Shown piece by piece: positions 63,864-64,000 of a DNA stretch of 64,000 nucleotides (position 1 is the stretch's first letter; each line of letters opens with the position of its first letter). Origin of the DNA: Chloroflexota bacterium (GTDB lineage Bacteria; Chloroflexota; Limnocylindria; Limnocylindrales; CSP1-4); NCBI GenBank assembly GCA_021787395.1, contig JAJYLZ010000001.1, positions 67,967 to 131,966 of the forward strand, read 5' to 3'. A program made the position numbers and the translations under genes. Under the pieces are notes generated by a model that was not told the origin of the DNA, did no database searches, and was given only the letters and a program-made list of their open reading frames with translations.

Positions 63864-64000
63864 CTACTGGAGCTCGACCAGCTCGTCGTTCGCGGCGTCC
63901 ATCGTGGACAGCCGGCCGAGCCGGGTGAGGCGCCGCTGCAGAACCTGCCGCATCAGCCCGCACGCGACCATCACGTCCGGATCGATGAGCCGGTAGCGGA
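63864..64000 (-). CDS. C-terminal part of an ArsR/SmtB-family regulator (partial, runs off the window end)
   Basis: The minus-strand frame reads ..RYRLIDPDVMVACGLMRQVLQRRLTRLGRLSTMDAANDELVELQ* with the stop at 63864-63866. ..Y.L.DP.V.. is the typical wing/dimerisation-helix region of ArsR proteins. Confidence 0.5.
   Translation of the reverse strand, partial: RYRLIDPDVMVACGLMRQVLQRRLTRLGRLSTMDAANDELVELQ

Overview
High-GC (roughly 70%+) Actinomycetota-like chromosomal segment. It is densely coding, with about 55 family-recognisable genes. I found no rRNA, tRNA or CRISPR array. All calls rest on reading the ORF translations and the DNA by eye; no searches were run. Left to right: (1) A potassium-homeostasis supercluster (66-12158). 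It holds kdpFABC, a stand-alone KdpD N-terminal/USP gene, a KimA-like K+ transporter, an operon of an unknown 83-aa ORF plus a single-domain receiver plus a degenerate second KdpD_N/USP paralogue, and on the opposite strand kdpE with the membrane/kinase half of KdpD. (2) A reductive pyrimidine / beta-alanine catabolic neighbourhood (13590-25130): class-III aminotransferase, PLP decarboxylase, beta-ureidopropionase, F420-type LLM oxidoreductase, dihydropyrimidinase, ABM monooxygenase and Fe-ADH. It is interrupted by a 0.9-kb non-coding region full of tandem repeats and near-perfect palindromes. (3) Envelope and central-metabolism genes: Lgt-like protein, S8 subtilase, mdh, pckA, a PadR pair, two PlsC-type acyltransferases and lgt. 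(4) An Lrp regulator divergent from a tiny membrane-protein gene that has its own near-consensus promoter and terminator, followed by PMI, an ornithine cyclodeaminase-family gene, a penicillin-acylase-family gene, an EamA transporter and an SDR. (5) A truncated suf operon (sufB-sufD-Rieske only) and a GH13 glucosidase. (6) YcaQ, a MarR-RND pair and OsmC. (7) An IS110-family insertion abutting the stop codon of a phosphotriesterase-family gene. (8) At the right edge, an ArsR-DsrE-TusA-DsrE-TusA-SQR sulfur-trafficking operon. The many very long ORFs antisense to these genes are stop-codon-depletion artefacts of high GC. The most unusual item is the split/duplicated KdpD architecture with the orf83-REC-pseudo-KdpD_N module. 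Next are the repeat/palindrome array upstream of dihydropyrimidinase and the F420-LLM gene sitting where a dihydropyrimidine dehydrogenase would be expected.
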